DNA from: Lama glama
Lineage: Eukaryota
Direction: 5' to 3'
DNA length: 64,000 nt
NCBI GenBank assembly: GCA_028534125.1
Contig: JAPYYK010000093.1
Span: forward strand, 558,001-622,000
Below, piece after piece: positions 1 through 12,945 of the stretch. Every line of letters begins with the position of its first letter. The first letter of the stretch is position 1. The notes below the pieces were generated by a model that was not told where the DNA came from, searched no databases, and was given only the letters and a program-made list of their open reading frames with translations. Position numbers and translations under genes: made by a program.

Positions 1-1702
1 CTCAGCAGAAGTGGACTCCTAGGCCTCAGCCAGTCCTCTTTGGTGAGGGGTTGGACCAAACAGTCTTAAGCGTCCTTTCTGACCTGAGAGCCCAATATCC
101 TCAATTTGCCCCCAGATCATTAGAAGGTTCCCCACACCCGCCAAGTACTCAGGACATTACCAGTGTGGCAGGATTTCTGCACATTTTTGACAGATGATAG
201 CCCTGGCTCCCTTTGAGAGCTGTCTGGCTAGGAAAGGCAGCCCCTGACCCAGGTCCTTTGTGGGCTCCCTGTCCAAACAGCCTCAAGCACCCACCCCTGC
301 ACCTACCCTGCCCCCCCCCCCGCCTGGCCCCACCTCGTGTAAACAGAACCTGCCCGCTTTCTCCCAGGGGCTGCTAATTCCTCGCCAGAACTGCTCGGAC
401 GTGAAATTGGAGTGAGACAATGTGTGTTTAAGGAAATGAATCTCGCATCTTAAGAGGCTCAGGGAGCCCGCCCTGCACCCCCATCACCCTGCCCGCCCAC
501 CCAGAGCCAGGGAAGGAGCACTTGGCATCGGGGAAGAGAAAGGCGGAGGTGACATTCAGTGCCAAATTAGCAGCCGCCACAGCCAAATATTGTACTTGCC
601 TCCAATCTTCTTTTATTTTTCGAAAGAAAAGGCTTTTACAAAGTGAAAGAGGCTGTTGGAACACTAAGGCTGATGATCGTTTTAAAAGGCATGCCCACCA
701 CGCGCATGCCCATCTGAGAGCGGTCCCTTCCTCTCAGCTTGCCACCTCCTCCTCGCCCACAGCCACACCCCCCAAGGCGCCTGCCCTCAGTCAGGCCCCA
801 CCTCATCAGCCCCACGGCTGACATCACAGGTGTTCTTGGACAACATGACCTAGAGTCTCTGACCCGGGGCCAACCCTGGACAGGGGAACTGTCTCTCAGC
901 CATCTCCCAACTTGCATGGCACCCTTGCAAGTGAGCGGTCATCTGTGGTGGTCCCAGAATCACCTGGCATACAGAGGCCTCAACAGAAGTGACCGGTCCA
1001 TGGCCTCTGTAAGGGCTTCTTGTCCCTCGCCAATGGCCCTTAGTGCCCCCACCATGAACAGCCATGCTGCCTATGCTAGCCCCCATCACCTCTTTTATCT
1101 CTTTCACTAGATGATGCCCGATGGCCCCCACTCTCTGGCCACTTTGTTGAACAGATAATACCAGTCATCCTGGAGTCCAGCCCCCAGAACCCAGGCTGCC
1201 TCCATGTGCCACTAACTTAGTGACTCACTGAATAGGCCGAGCAGACAGCCTCTGCCTCCCCTTTCAGAGGAAACACTATTTTCACCCCTGACCCCTTGAT
1301 CAAGTGCTGGGTTGATCTCACTCATCGCCAGCAGCTGGTCAAACTTGATGACGTTTTATCGACAGTGAAGACTTAGCCCATGTTTCCCATTTCTTCAAAC
1401 CTGGGTTGCCCAAGGCCTTGGTTTCCTTGTCAAGGGAGAGGATGGGGAGCCTAGTGGCTCCAGAGGTTAGAGGCCCACCTGGATGGTGACTGGCCCTGGC
1501 CCTGCCCTCCATGTATGCAGCCTTCGTGCTCTCCCAGATCTGAGCCACACTCAACTCCCACCCCTGAAACCCCAGGAGGTGGAAGCCTGACAATGTCTCG
1601 TTTACAGGAGGAGCACGGGGCTTAGAGACCTCTTGGGACTTGTCCAAGGTCTCAGCTGGCAAGAGGCATAACCAGAACCTGGATCCATGTTGTGTGACAC
1701 CA

Positions 1703-2103
1703 CAACGTGGCTGCTGTGGTGTGCCACCCAGACTCCCCCATCAGGATGAGGCCCATACTCCCCCAGATGCCAAGATCCTGCCTGCTGATTGCTCTCAGCT
1801 GAGTTTCTGCCCAGGCTATGGCCTGAGCAGGAGCTGCCTCACCCACACACTGCTTGACATGCAGGTCGAGTGGAAGACTACAAAGGTCTGTCTCAATTAG
1901 GGACAGCTCTGAGAGGTGAGGCTAGCCTCGGTGGAATTGGCTGAGGCTTCTGCCATGACGGCATCACAGCCAAACTTCTCCTGCTGCCCAATCCTACTTC
2001 CTTTGTCCCTCATGGGTGTGGTCCCTGAGAATACTCCCCCGATAAACACCTGCACACAAACCTCCACTGCAGAGTCTGATTCCAGGGAACTCACCCTGCC
2101 ACA
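1703..2103 (+). mobile_element. 5' LTR of ERVL provirus (LTR16A-like)
   Basis: Matches recalled LTR16A motifs (tgctgtggtgtgccacccagactcccc...; ctgcccaatcctacttcc...gataaacacctgcacacaaacctcc...cagagtctgattccagggaac), followed by PBS-like gatggtcctgggaatgg. Confidence 0.75.
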
Positions 2104-5100
2104 GATGGTCCTGGGAATGGTCCCAGAAAGCCGACTCTGACATGGGAACTGTCCTGCTGGTACTGAGGGCCTCAGCACAGTAGTCAGTGGAGTGCTGACC
2201 ATCCTGGCATGTGATAGAGGTGCAATTGAGTAAATGTTCACCCATCGTGAACTGAAATGGGATACCTGTGGATGGGTGCAATATTTCAGGTTTTGAGAAT
2301 TTCAGGGAAGTGTAATTATAAGGACTATGGAACAGGATGGCTGTTGCTGAGGGCTATCGATGCTTTGGAGAGAGACAATGAAAGGCTGCGTGTGATTAAT
2401 CACGAATTTAAGGTGAAGTGTGAAAGTCAGAAGCCCCCTTGGCAGGATATAAAAAGACTCTCATCTCTTGCAGCCAGAGGCAGAAAAAGCTGAGGGTCAG
2501 ACACAGGACTTAATTAGAAGAGCAGCAGAGATCCAGAGAGAGTTACTGTCTCAGTCCCAGCAGGTTTGTATACCCAAGTCAGTAGCCAGTACCCACAGTC
2601 AGGACCCTGATTGGGAAGGAATGGGTCCCTGAGCTGTGGGATGGGGGCATCTGGGTCACTGCATTCGGAACCCCAGACTGCCCTAAACTCTCTGTGCCTA
2701 CAGAAGTGGCTGCTCCTCCATGTTAAAGGCTAGGACCGCCCCCCTCCCACCCCCTTGCTTAAAGATGATGAGGAGCCCTCCATGTTACAACACAACACTC
2801 TCCCCTCAGGATGTGCACCTATCCTTTCTACCCATCAGACCAACCATTAGGGTCAGGTCACAACAAAACTGACTCACCAACCCCAGGAAGTGCTGGGCCT
2901 GCTAAGGGAGCATAAAGGATATCCTGAAGGTACTGTGGTTTTGAGCCAACAGTTAGGGCTGGATCCTGAGTGGCTGGATCAAGGATGGTAGAAAACAAGG
3001 TTGGATGCGGGAGAGGTTATTGAAATGGGAGCACTTTCTCATGCTGTAGGATATAACATCCCAGCAAGGACCCCAGGAGATGTTGGAAGCCTGGAAAAAG
3101 CAATGGCCCACACTAAGAGCAGTAGAAAGGCCAGAACCCTCAAAGCAAAGTTGAGAAAAGGATCAAAGGCTCAGGCAAGTGGACATACCAGGGTGGTTCT
3201 ACCACAAAAGGCCAGAAAACCCATCATGACCATGTTCACTGTTTACCAAAGTGAGAAGGAATATGTTGGTGAGAAGGCCACACACATCAGAGAGAAATTC
3301 AGTGGGGGGTGTCCTCTGAAGGCCAGCCAGAGAGTAAGTGCTGCATCTCATACTCCAGGTGACACGGAAAGACCTCAGTTCTGAGGGGGCCGAGAGCTAA
3401 AAAGGGCTCTGCAGCCGGTTCAAGCTGAGGTGAAAGTGGCCCTGCAGCTCAGGCCACATGACACAGCAGGCCTGATGGAACCAGAGGTTATCTGTTTTGG
3501 GAAAAGATGCTGTGTGGAGTTTATGGCAGGTTCTAATAGAATCCTAGGGTCTGACAGAAAATGATGCACTGTTCAAAAAGAAGCTCCTGGGTTGCCATGG
3601 GGCCCACATGGCACGTGATTAAATGACCAAGGCATATTAAATGACCCGGCTTCTGTCATATCCATGAGGTCCTGAGGTCTTGTGAGCCCAAGAGTGATCC
3701 ACTGTCAGAAGGAAGGGATGCATCCTTGATCAAGTATAAGCCGGTCAGAGGACACAAGAAAGCTGCACGAACAGGTGGTCCAGACTCCATGAGTTCACTG
3801 CTGTTGCATGAATGCTCCTCTCTCAACTAAGACTGCACGGAGTGCATGTGTGGGGAGTCCCTCATGACCAGCTGATAGAGGAGGAAAAAGACTGGGCTTA
3901 TTCTCAGATGGGTCAGTGTGATACGCTGATGTGAGCTGAAAATAGACACACACAGCTACATTACACCCCACTCAGGGATGGCCCTGAAAGATAGTGTTAA
4001 GGAGAAATCCTCCTGAAGAGCAAAGCTTTGGGCAGCACACCTGGTCATCTACTATGCTTGGAAAAAGAAGGGGCCTGAGGTAAGAACATATACAGACTCA
4101 TGGGAAGTGACAAATGGCTTGGTTGGTTGTCAGGATGAATAAAGTCTAGAAGATCAGTGACAAGGAAACCTGGTAGAGAGAGGCGTGTGGATGTACCTAT
4201 GGGCATGGGCATGAAATATGAAGATCTGTGTACGTTAATGCTTATCAGCACCACCAGGAAATAACTAGACAAAATGACTCAGCCGATTGCCATCAGTCAG
4301 CCAGGACTGCCATCAGCCACTCCAGGGCTGGTACAATGGGCATATGAACAGAGTAGCCCTGACGACAGGGAAGGAAACTATGCATGGGCCCAAGACCAAG
4401 GCTGATCTAGCTACTGCTGCTGCTGAATACCCAGCCTGCCAGGAACAGAGACCAAGCCTGAGCCCCGAATGTGGCACTATTTCTTGAGGAGATCAACCAC
4501 CCCATTTGGTGGCAAGTTGATTACGCTGGCCCTCTGCAACCTCAGAAGGGGCAGTGAGTCATCCTGACTGGGATTGGACCATATGCTGTTATCATATCAG
4601 GTCAGTTTTCCTTTCCTACGTTCAGAGTGTTGACTTTCCAAGCGCTTACCATGTATTTGATTCACTGATGGGATCCCTTGGGTTCCTTGCTGCAAGGAAC
4701 CTGCTTTACAGTAAAAGAAGTGCTTCAATGGGCATGTAAGCATAGGATCCTCTGATCCAATAACTTACCTAGCCACCAGCCTGACAGAGTATTGGAATAA
4801 ATAACTTTTTCCTTAATAAGAGCTTTACTGAGATAAAATTCACATACTACAACATTTACATACTTTTTGGAGTATACAATTCAGTATTTTTCTAATCTAT
4901 TCACAAAGTTGTGTAACTATCAATACTCTAATTTTAGACCATTTTCATCATCCCCAAAAGAAATCTTGTACCTTATTCCTTCCTCCCTTAAGTCCCTGTT
5001 AATCACTAGTCTNNNNNNNNNNNNNNNNNNNNNNNNNNNNNNNNNNNNNNNNNNNNNNNNNNNNNNNNNNNNNNNNNNNNNNNNNNNNNNNNNNNNNNNN

Positions 5101-6085
5101 NNNNNNNNNNNNNNNNNNNNNNNNNNNNNNNNNNNNNNNNNNNNNNNNNNNNNNNNNNNNNNNNNNNNNNNNNNNNNNNNNNNNNNNNNNNNNNNNNNNN
5201 NNNNNNNNNNNNNNNNNNNNNNNNNNNNNNNNNNNNNNNNNNNNNNNNNNNNNNNNNTATTTCAAACAATGTTGCTATGAACATTTGTGTACAGGTTTCC
5301 GTGTGGAATGTCATTTTGAAGCAAAGCGAAGTCACCGGGTTGGAGAGGATATCCAGTAAGAACGGGGAGCCATCCCCTAGGACACAGTATGCACCTTAAA
5401 TCTATGATCAATACAAGTGCTGAGCCCCTAACAGGCAAGAACACACAGGTCCAGGGGACAAGAGGTAGAAGTAGGAGTGGAGTGGTTTTACTCCCTGTTA
5501 CTCCCAGTCTCCTACTTGGGGAAATTTGGCTTCCAATCCCCTCAATTTTAGGGTTTGTCAATCTACAAGTCCTGGTTCCCAAAGAAGGGATGCTTTCACA
5601 AGGGACACAGAGTCCCACTGGACTCTAAGTTTCAGCCACTGGGCTGTCACTTCAGGTTCCTCAGGCCAAGAGAGCAGCAGTCATGGAAAAATAATTGATT
5701 CTCATTATCAGGAGTTGCTGGGGTAGGAAAAAAAAAAGTCAGACAGCCACGTGACCCACTGGGGTCCTCTCTTGGTAATCCCTTATCTAGTTTTAATGAA
5801 GGTGAACAAGTGCATAAGCCATGGCCAGAAAAGGGCATTGTGGGCAGGGGCTCAGACCCACCAGGGATGAGAGTCCAGGTCAGTGTGAGGGGAATCTAGG
5901 ATGGGTGGTAGAGGAAGGAGAGGATGCGTGCCAGTTGCAGCCTCCGTGTTGGAGGCCATATCTCATCCTACTGTCCTTCCTCTTGCCAGTTTCCCAGGCA
6001 AAGGGACCAACCATAATTCTAGAGCAGCTGAGCTCCCACATGGACAAAATTACTACACGAAGCTAGGGGTCCAAGTGGCTCAAGA
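2104..6085 (+). mobile_element. Decayed ERVL internal region (ERV3-16A3-like): gag, RNase H, integrase and dUTPase-like remnants
   Basis: Gag-like WLLLRAIDALERDNERLRVINHEFKVKCESQK (2257-2493). RNase H-like PEVRTYTDSWEVTNGLVG (~4075-4130). Integrase Zn-finger/core ADLATAAAEYPACQEQRPSLSPECGTIS*GDQPPIWWQVDYAGPL (~4400-4535). dUTPase-like LQVLVPKEGMLSQG (~5560-5605). Many stops and frameshifts. Confidence 0.85.
4806..5310 (-). mobile_element. L1 (L1M-type) 3' fragment nested in the ERVL integrase
   Basis: Antisense L1 3' UTR hallmarks (ctttactgagataaaattcacatac...; aatgttgctatgaacatttgtgtacaggttt); partly N. Confidence 0.8.
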
Positions 6086-6089
6086 AGGG

Positions 6090-6503
6090 CTGAAGGTCCC
6101 CCCTTCAGGATCAGCGCTCATCTCCAACTGCCGGCTGCTGCCGGCCGCTGAACCTATCTGGGACTCTCCCTTGACTAAAGGAAGACATTTCATGCATGGT
6201 CATGTTACTTCCCCAGCAGCAGCCCACATCCAGTGACAGGGCAGTCCCGGGTAGAAAAGCCAGGACCCCTGGCCTCAATCTAGGACATCTCTAAAGAGCC
6301 ATCCCAGCCCCAGAACTCTCCATGGGGCCAGCTGAGACCTCCACTCAACTGCACTGTGGTCAGCTTCTCTCCCTGCCGAGGCCTGCTCCACACATCCCCC
6401 TCACAAGTGTTGTTTCTCAGAGCAGCCCCTCCCCTCAAGTAAACCTATGGTGTGCAGATTTTAGCATCTCAGAGCCTGTTTCCCACAAACATGGCCTAAG
6501 ACA
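6090..6503 (+). mobile_element. 3' LTR of ERVL provirus (LTR16A-like)
   Basis: cccccttcagga..., gcagcccacatccagtgac, ccctggcctcaatctaggacatctctaaagagccatcccagccccagaactc, ending cctaagaca. Confidence 0.8.
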
Positions 6504-6659
6504 GGTTGTCTGCCTCCACCAGTGCCAAACCCTGGACCAGCCCTACAGAGGCTCTAGAAAGCCCTGCTGTGGTGGTTGCTGGACCTCCAGGGCCCCCAGG
6601 GCTGCCTTCATGCATCCCAACCCACCTACATTCAGGTCCCACCCTCTTCAGGGAGGTAT

Positions 6660-6775
6660 AATAATTAGGGCCTTTTAAAGGTGAAGAAACCAATGCTCTA
6701 GAGGGGAAGTAGCTCATCCAAGGTCCTAGAGCTGGGAAAGAGTTTGAACCCCAATCTGTTTGAATCCTCTTGACC
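6660..6775 (-). mobile_element. MIR fragment
   Basis: ttttaaaggtgaagaaacc...ccaaggtc...gagtttgaacccc. Confidence 0.55.
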
Positions 6776-9261
6776 ACCATCCTCATGTCTTCGGTAATTG
6801 CTGGCAGAGTGAGAGAGGGGCAGCAAACAGGCTTTGGGAGCTTGGCTTGGAGACAGGGAAACGGACTCCATGGAGGAGGTCTTGAGGGGTTCGGGCAGGC
6901 AGATGTACAAGGAAAGGTGTAGGAAGGGGTGACAGCGATGGCAAAGGCTGGGAGGCAGGCCTAATGGGGGGTAAGGAGCCCTGGTTTGGGGGAATGAGTC
7001 AGGGAAGAGAGGTGTGATTTGTGTGAAGGTCGTGGTGGACACAGACCAGGCTCGGGTCCTGCATCTGTTCTGCCCTGCCCCCGCCTTGCTGTGTCCCNNN
7101 NNNNNNNNNNNNNNNNNNNNNNNNNNNNNNNNNNNNNNNNNNNNNNNNNNNNNNNNNNNNNNNNNNNNNNNNNNNNNNNNNNNNNNNNNNNNNNNNNNNN
7201 NNNNNNNNNNNNNNNNNNNNNNNNNNNNNNNNNNNNNNNNNNNNNNNNNNNNNTCACAGGCACCAGAGCTGGCCCCTCATTCAGGTTCCGGAAGCTCTCC
7301 TCCGTGGGTGGGAACACTGGGGTGGGGGTCGAGGGAACCAGGAGGCCTCAGGAAGAGAAGGCGAAGGGACCTAGCTGGGCTCCACAGCATTTACTTGGTA
7401 CCTGCTGTGTACTCAGAACTCTGGAGAAGCTGTGCATGATGGGGGAGACCCAGGCAGAGGACACACTCACCCCAGCACACACTCTGCAGAGCATCCAGCT
7501 CACAAGGCCCTGGGAGTGGACCTCCTTAGGAGCAGCTTTTCTGAACCCCACAACTGCCTCCCAGCATTTGTCCCTCAGCTGCCCCCGTCCGCGCTCCCAG
7601 ACATCTCTGTGCTGACTTCTTGCTTCTTCCCTGAGGAGAGCCAAGCCTCCAATCAGACCCTGGGAAAGCAATTTTTCAATCTCCAACTGCAAACACTAAT
7701 ACCGCCGAAGCTAATTTTACAGATTTCCACTCAGAGGCCTCGCCTTTGTCCCAGAATCCCTCAGCCCGAGAGATTAGTAGTTTAGAGACTGGAAAAAATA
7801 AGGTATTTTAAAATTCAGCATAAAACTCTCTCTTACACTCAGTGAGCTAAAAAAATTTTTTTTTTTGATTGGAAAAGAGCCTGCTAGTGAGGGAGGAGCC
7901 AGGTCGGGTACCCGCTCCATTGGGTGGCTGAAGGAGGGGTGCTGTTCCAGCCCCCAGATGCCTATAGCCCCTGTAATATGGCTTGAACTCACAACCTAGG
8001 GAGAGGCAGAGAAGGAGAAAGAATCAGTTTCCCATCCAGCATGCTTGGAACCCACATGCCCCCTTCTCAAGCCTCTGGGATGTGCATACCCCTGAAGACA
8101 CCCAGGATTTCCCTGATTCCAATCTCAAAGCTTACTGAGCTGTAGAGAAAAGCTTCAGCCCCTTAGATAGACCAGGCCACAGGCGCGCCTCCCACTTTGC
8201 CAGTGAGGCTGATTCCATTCCAAAGGAGACTCTCCGGGCCTCAGTTTTTCCATCGAACCAAATGATCAAAGTCCCTGTGGTCCAACCAGAGCCATGCAGC
8301 CCAGCACTGCACCCCCTCTGCACACACATACACTCCAGGCCACACCTGCCCAGACCCTTGCCCTGGCACAGACAGGCTGGATGCATTTGGTGGAGCTCAT
8401 TCCACGAGCACCTCTCTATGGCATCTCTCACAGATGAACAGCATAATCACTCTGGCTCTCTGGGGGCCACAAGCTCAGAAACATCCTAATGAAAAATAAA
8501 TGTATTTACAGGGAGACGTCAAAGCTGCCAGGACGAGTCAAACTAATATGCCTGCGACCAGCACGCGGACTTTTNNNNNNNNNNNNNNNNNNNNNNNNNN
8601 NNNNNNNNNNNNNNNNNNNNNNNNNNNNNNNNNNNNNNNNNNNNNNNNNNNNNNNNNNNNNNNNNNNNNNNNNNNNNNNNNNNNNNNNNNNNNNNNNNNN
8701 NNNNNNNNNNNNNNNNNNNNNNCGGGCGCATCAGATTACTGCTCTCCGCAGTCCAGGATCGCGCAGCTCTGAAGGCCAGCGCAGCAAGGACCTCGGGGAG
8801 CAACAGCACACCAGCCTGTCCCCATAGCCCCCAGACAGTGACGTCCCCTCCCGCCCGATTGGGAAGGCTCNNNNNNNNNNNNNNNNNNNNNNNNNNNNNN
8901 NNNNNNNNNNNNNNNNNNNNNNNNNNNNNNNNNNNNNNNNNNNNNNNNNNNNNNNNNNNNNNNNNNNNNNNNNNNNNNNNNNNNNNNNNNNNNNNNNNNN
9001 NNNNNNNNNNNNNNNNNNNNNNNNNNCATGCTCCCCCCGCTGATCCTCACCACACTCTGCCCCCATCCATCCGTGCCTGTCCCCAGCGCCAAGCACCATC
9101 AACTTCTGACTGACCCCTGGGCAGCATCCTGTGACCCCGCCCAGGAAGGCATCTCTCACCCATCATCCAGGACTCCTCATGTCTGGGGCCCTGATCGAGT
9201 TATAAGCATCGTCCGTATCCTTTAAAGCTTGTGACAGCACAGGAGGGAGGCAGGACAAGGA

Positions 9262-9355
9262 GTGTTATCCCTACTTACAGTTGAGGAAACTGAGGCACAG
9301 TGACGTGGAATCATTTGCCCAAGGCTAGACATGATGGAGGACTCAGACCCAGGTT
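9262..9355 (-). mobile_element. MIR fragment
   Basis: ttacagttgaggaaactgaggcacag...tttgcccaagg. Confidence 0.7.
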
Positions 9356-10659
9356 TTGTCACCAGCCTGGACTATGTGCTAATGGAGGGGGCTCAGCCTC
9401 TGCAGAAAGGAGGCTGGTGGCTTTTAATTAGCACTTAAGCCGAGTCTCCATGTTTGGCTCCCAAAAACAAAAGCCACCCAGGACAAGAAGGGGCAAAGTT
9501 GGTAGGGTGGAGAATGGGAGAGGCTCACACATTCAGGGGATGGGACCAACCCTGGCAAAGGTGAGTGGGTCTGTCACACAGATGTGTCTTGCCTGCTGTG
9601 GCCAGAACAACATTGTGATTTCACCATTTTCACCCACTGGCCTAGGGTGGGGTGAATACTTGTGCTCTGGCCTCAGCTCACCACCACCTTGCTGTGTGTC
9701 TGAGGGCCTGTCACTGCCCTCTCTGGGCCTCGTTTCTCCCCAGAAATTGGCCAAGATAATCTGAGCGACTAAGGACCTGTCAGGAAGCCTGATGCCCTCC
9801 CAGGCCTGCCCCCCACACTCTCTGCCCCTCCTCACTCAATCCTATCTCTCAGCCTTTGTCCACTTTCCCTTCCTCTGTGCCTGCCTGCCACAAAGCAGAA
9901 GCATGGACAGTGTCCTGTCCCCCCACCTGGTTTGAGAAAACTCAAAAACAGGCAGGGGAAGTCATGTGCCCAAGACCACCCTGCAGAGGTCAGAGGAGGA
10001 ATAGCCAAGACCAGGACTCGGTCTCTGATCCAGTCCCATGCCCATCACAATACTCTTCGTGGCCTCCCCAAGAATGCTGCAGTCTCCCCAGGGTGTGAAG
10101 TGCCATCTGCACCCTTCCCCCATCCTTCACAGAATGAAGTCAGGACATGAAACAATAAATTGGGCTTTGGCAGGTGGTCCAGCTCACCCAATCTCCCCAA
10201 ATGCCAGCAGGGATGTTGGAACTGAGGCTTCCTTTCCTATTAAATATCCTTCTTGGTAACCAGTGGCTGCCTGCAAAAAATTACTCCATAACCTTGCTCT
10301 GAACTTTTCAGAAATAGCCTGTGGGCCCACTTCTGGGCTGCACTGCCCAGCCTATCTGTAGGGGTGAGGAATGTGGCTCCATCCCCACTCAGCCCTTGGA
10401 GTCCTCTGTCGTGGCTTCCCAGTCCATCCTTTGGCCCCCTGGTTCTCTGGTCCAGATGCACCCTCAGGTCTAGTCCTTGTCTCCTGCTCCAGCCTTTGCC
10501 CTCCCGGCCCCTATCTAGTCCTTTGCCTCCGATCTCCTTCAGCCTTGGGTCCCTAGTCCAGCTCTTGCCCCTGCAGCTCCATGTCCCTCTGTTGCTGCCT
10601 CAACATACAGGGGTTTGGTTCTGTCACTTGCAGCTACTTCGTATCCTTTCTCATCTCAA

Positions 10660-10725
10660 CATGACCCTGAAGGCAGAGACAACTCTCCCTCTTTTACAGA
10701 TGAGGAAACTGAGACCCAGGTCACC
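10660..10725 (-). mobile_element. MIR fragment
   Basis: ttttacagatgaggaaactgagaccc core. Confidence 0.65.
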
Positions 10726-11169
10726 TGATTTGTGAGGGGTTTCTTTTGGTCTGATGGCTCTCAAGGGCCCCGTTCCCCCAGCCTCAGGAGAGGGAGCTCA
10801 ATTTCAATGGGTCGAAGTGGGGACTGAGGAGGGCACCCCGGGCAGATGGAAACATTAGGGAAAGGGCACCACCCTGGGGCTGCTCAGAGACCTGGGGCTG
10901 AGCTGAGGAGAGGACCCTGACTCACTCAGAACAGGCGATGTCTTTAGAAGCTGCCCCAGAACGATGTGCCCTCGGCCACCAGCCAGATTCACGGTAATGC
11001 CCTGCCCTGGTCATGGCAGCCCTAGGTAACCCTCCTTGCTGGTACCTACCACCTGGGTAACTCCATTTGAGTGCAAAGAAGGTGTTGGGTCAGAGGCCAT
11101 CCAAGGAATAGCTGGCATGTAGTCAACCAAGTTAGAACTTTATCAGCAAAGCTCTTCCCCACGCTGACT

Positions 11170-11535
11170 GTGTAAGACCAGGACTTTTCAAAAAGTGTCA
11201 AGGTCATGAAAGACAAGGAAAGATATAGAAACTATCACAGGTTGGAGGAGACTAAGGACACATGACAACTAAATGTAACATGGGATCCTGAATTGGATCC
11301 TGGTATAGATAAAGGACACTAGTGCAAAAACAGGTGAAATCCAAATATGGTTTTCACTTTGGTTAGTAGTAAGGTACCAATGTCAGTTTCTTCTTTGGTA
11401 TTTGTACTATGGTCATGCAAGATGATAACTTTAAAGGAAATTTAAAGGAAACTTTAAAGGGTTAGGGGATTTCTGTACTATTTTGGTGACCTCTCTGTAA
11501 ATCTAAAATTATTTCAAGATAAAAATTTTTTTAAA
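11170..11535 (+). mobile_element. L1MC/L1MD-type 3' end fragment
   Basis: gtcaaggtcatgaaagacaaggaaaga..., atcctgaattggatcctgg, ctgtaaatctaaaattatttcaagataaaaa. Confidence 0.75.
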
Positions 11536-11539
11536 AAAC

Positions 11540-12945
11540 TATAATACATCATCCTCAGAGAGCTAAGAGACATCAGTGGCAACAATGAAACAAGAGCAAG
11601 ATGTTATTTTTAAAAAGGACCAAAAAGAGATCCTGGGAATTAAAAATCTGGTAACAAAATGTAAAACTTTACAGAAAGATTAGAAGATAAAATTGGGAAA
11701 TCTGAATGAAAGATGCAGAGATGGAAACCTGTAAGAAATTAGGGAGAAAAAAAAGAATCCAAATTTAAGTTTCTAGAAAGAGAACAGAGAAAAGGAAAGG
11801 GAGGAAAGACTCAAAGAAATCATTCAAGAAAACTTCCCAGAACTGGACATAAGAATCTAGTTTGAAAGTGTCCACTGAATGGTAAGGAATGAAAATAAAC
11901 CCCACCAAGGTATATCAGGGTGGAATTTCTGAACACTGGGCACAGGGAGAAAATGTACAAGTTTCTAGAGATAAAAATCAGGTCATGTACAATGGATTGG
12001 AAATCTAAATGACCTTGGACTTGGACCTCTCCACAACAACTCAGGAAGCTGGAAGGAATGGAGTGTAAGAGAATGGAGTAAGAGAAATTCTTAGGCAAAT
12101 GGTTTCCACTCTGGGCTTCCACCCCAACCCCAAATCTCTGCCAGGTGTGGGGGAGAGGGTAGGCTTTCTGAGACATGAAAGCCACAAAAGTCTGGCTCCC
12201 ATGTACCTCTTCTCAGGATGCCAATTGAAAATGTTCTCCACCCAACGAGGGAGAAAATCAGAAGCCAAGGAAGAGAAACCCACAGTATTGAGAAGAGAGG
12301 GACTACAACTCAGAAGAGAGGTGAGGGAAATCCCAGGCACATGTCCGAGCTGCAGGCTGTGTTCACAGGCACAAGCTGGGAGGCTCCAGGCAAGACTTCC
12401 CCCGGCTGGGACACAGAACCCCAGATGTATCCGCATGTACGAGGGGAGGTCAGATAGAAAGGCAGGGAGTTTGGGCAGAATTAGTAAAGGTTCACAGAAA
12501 GCTAAGCAACAAATACCAGACAGTTGTTACCTGCAGGAAAAAAATGTAAAAACTGTACGCCAAAGTGTGTACTATAAGTTACAGATCTGAATAGCATTTG
12601 CCCCATCGGGACAATGTCAACACTGAGTCCTGACCTGCCATGTTACAGTATGACACCAGGAGCGAGGGGGTAGGATTGTGCCAGGGCGGAGGGGGGGAGC
12701 TAAGTCCTCCACCCACACAGTGGACATCCATGGATAATGCCTAGAACTGAACAATCACGAAGCAGTGACATAAGTATGTCATTTAGAGATATGGAGCTGA
12801 GATTAGAAAGTGACAGCCTCTGGGGAGTTGGAAGGAGAGAGGAGGGGGCTGCTGTGCTCCTAACACAACATGCCTGGTAAAACTATGACTTTACACCATG
12901 TATATGTGCGATTCTGATTTCAAAACCCTAACTTTAAAAATCCAT
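11540..12945 (+). mobile_element. HAL1 or ancient L1 ORF1-derived remnant
   Basis: A-rich; decayed ORF1-like motifs (attcaagaaaacttcccagaactg = IQENFPEL; caggtcatgtacaatgga; ctctccacaacaactcaggaagctggaaggaatgg). Confidence 0.6.

Noticed and set aside
3001-3384. 127-aa ORF (and 2257-2493) as a domesticated retroviral gene
   Set aside because: Short pieces of a frameshifted, stop-riddled ERVL; no intact gag or pol
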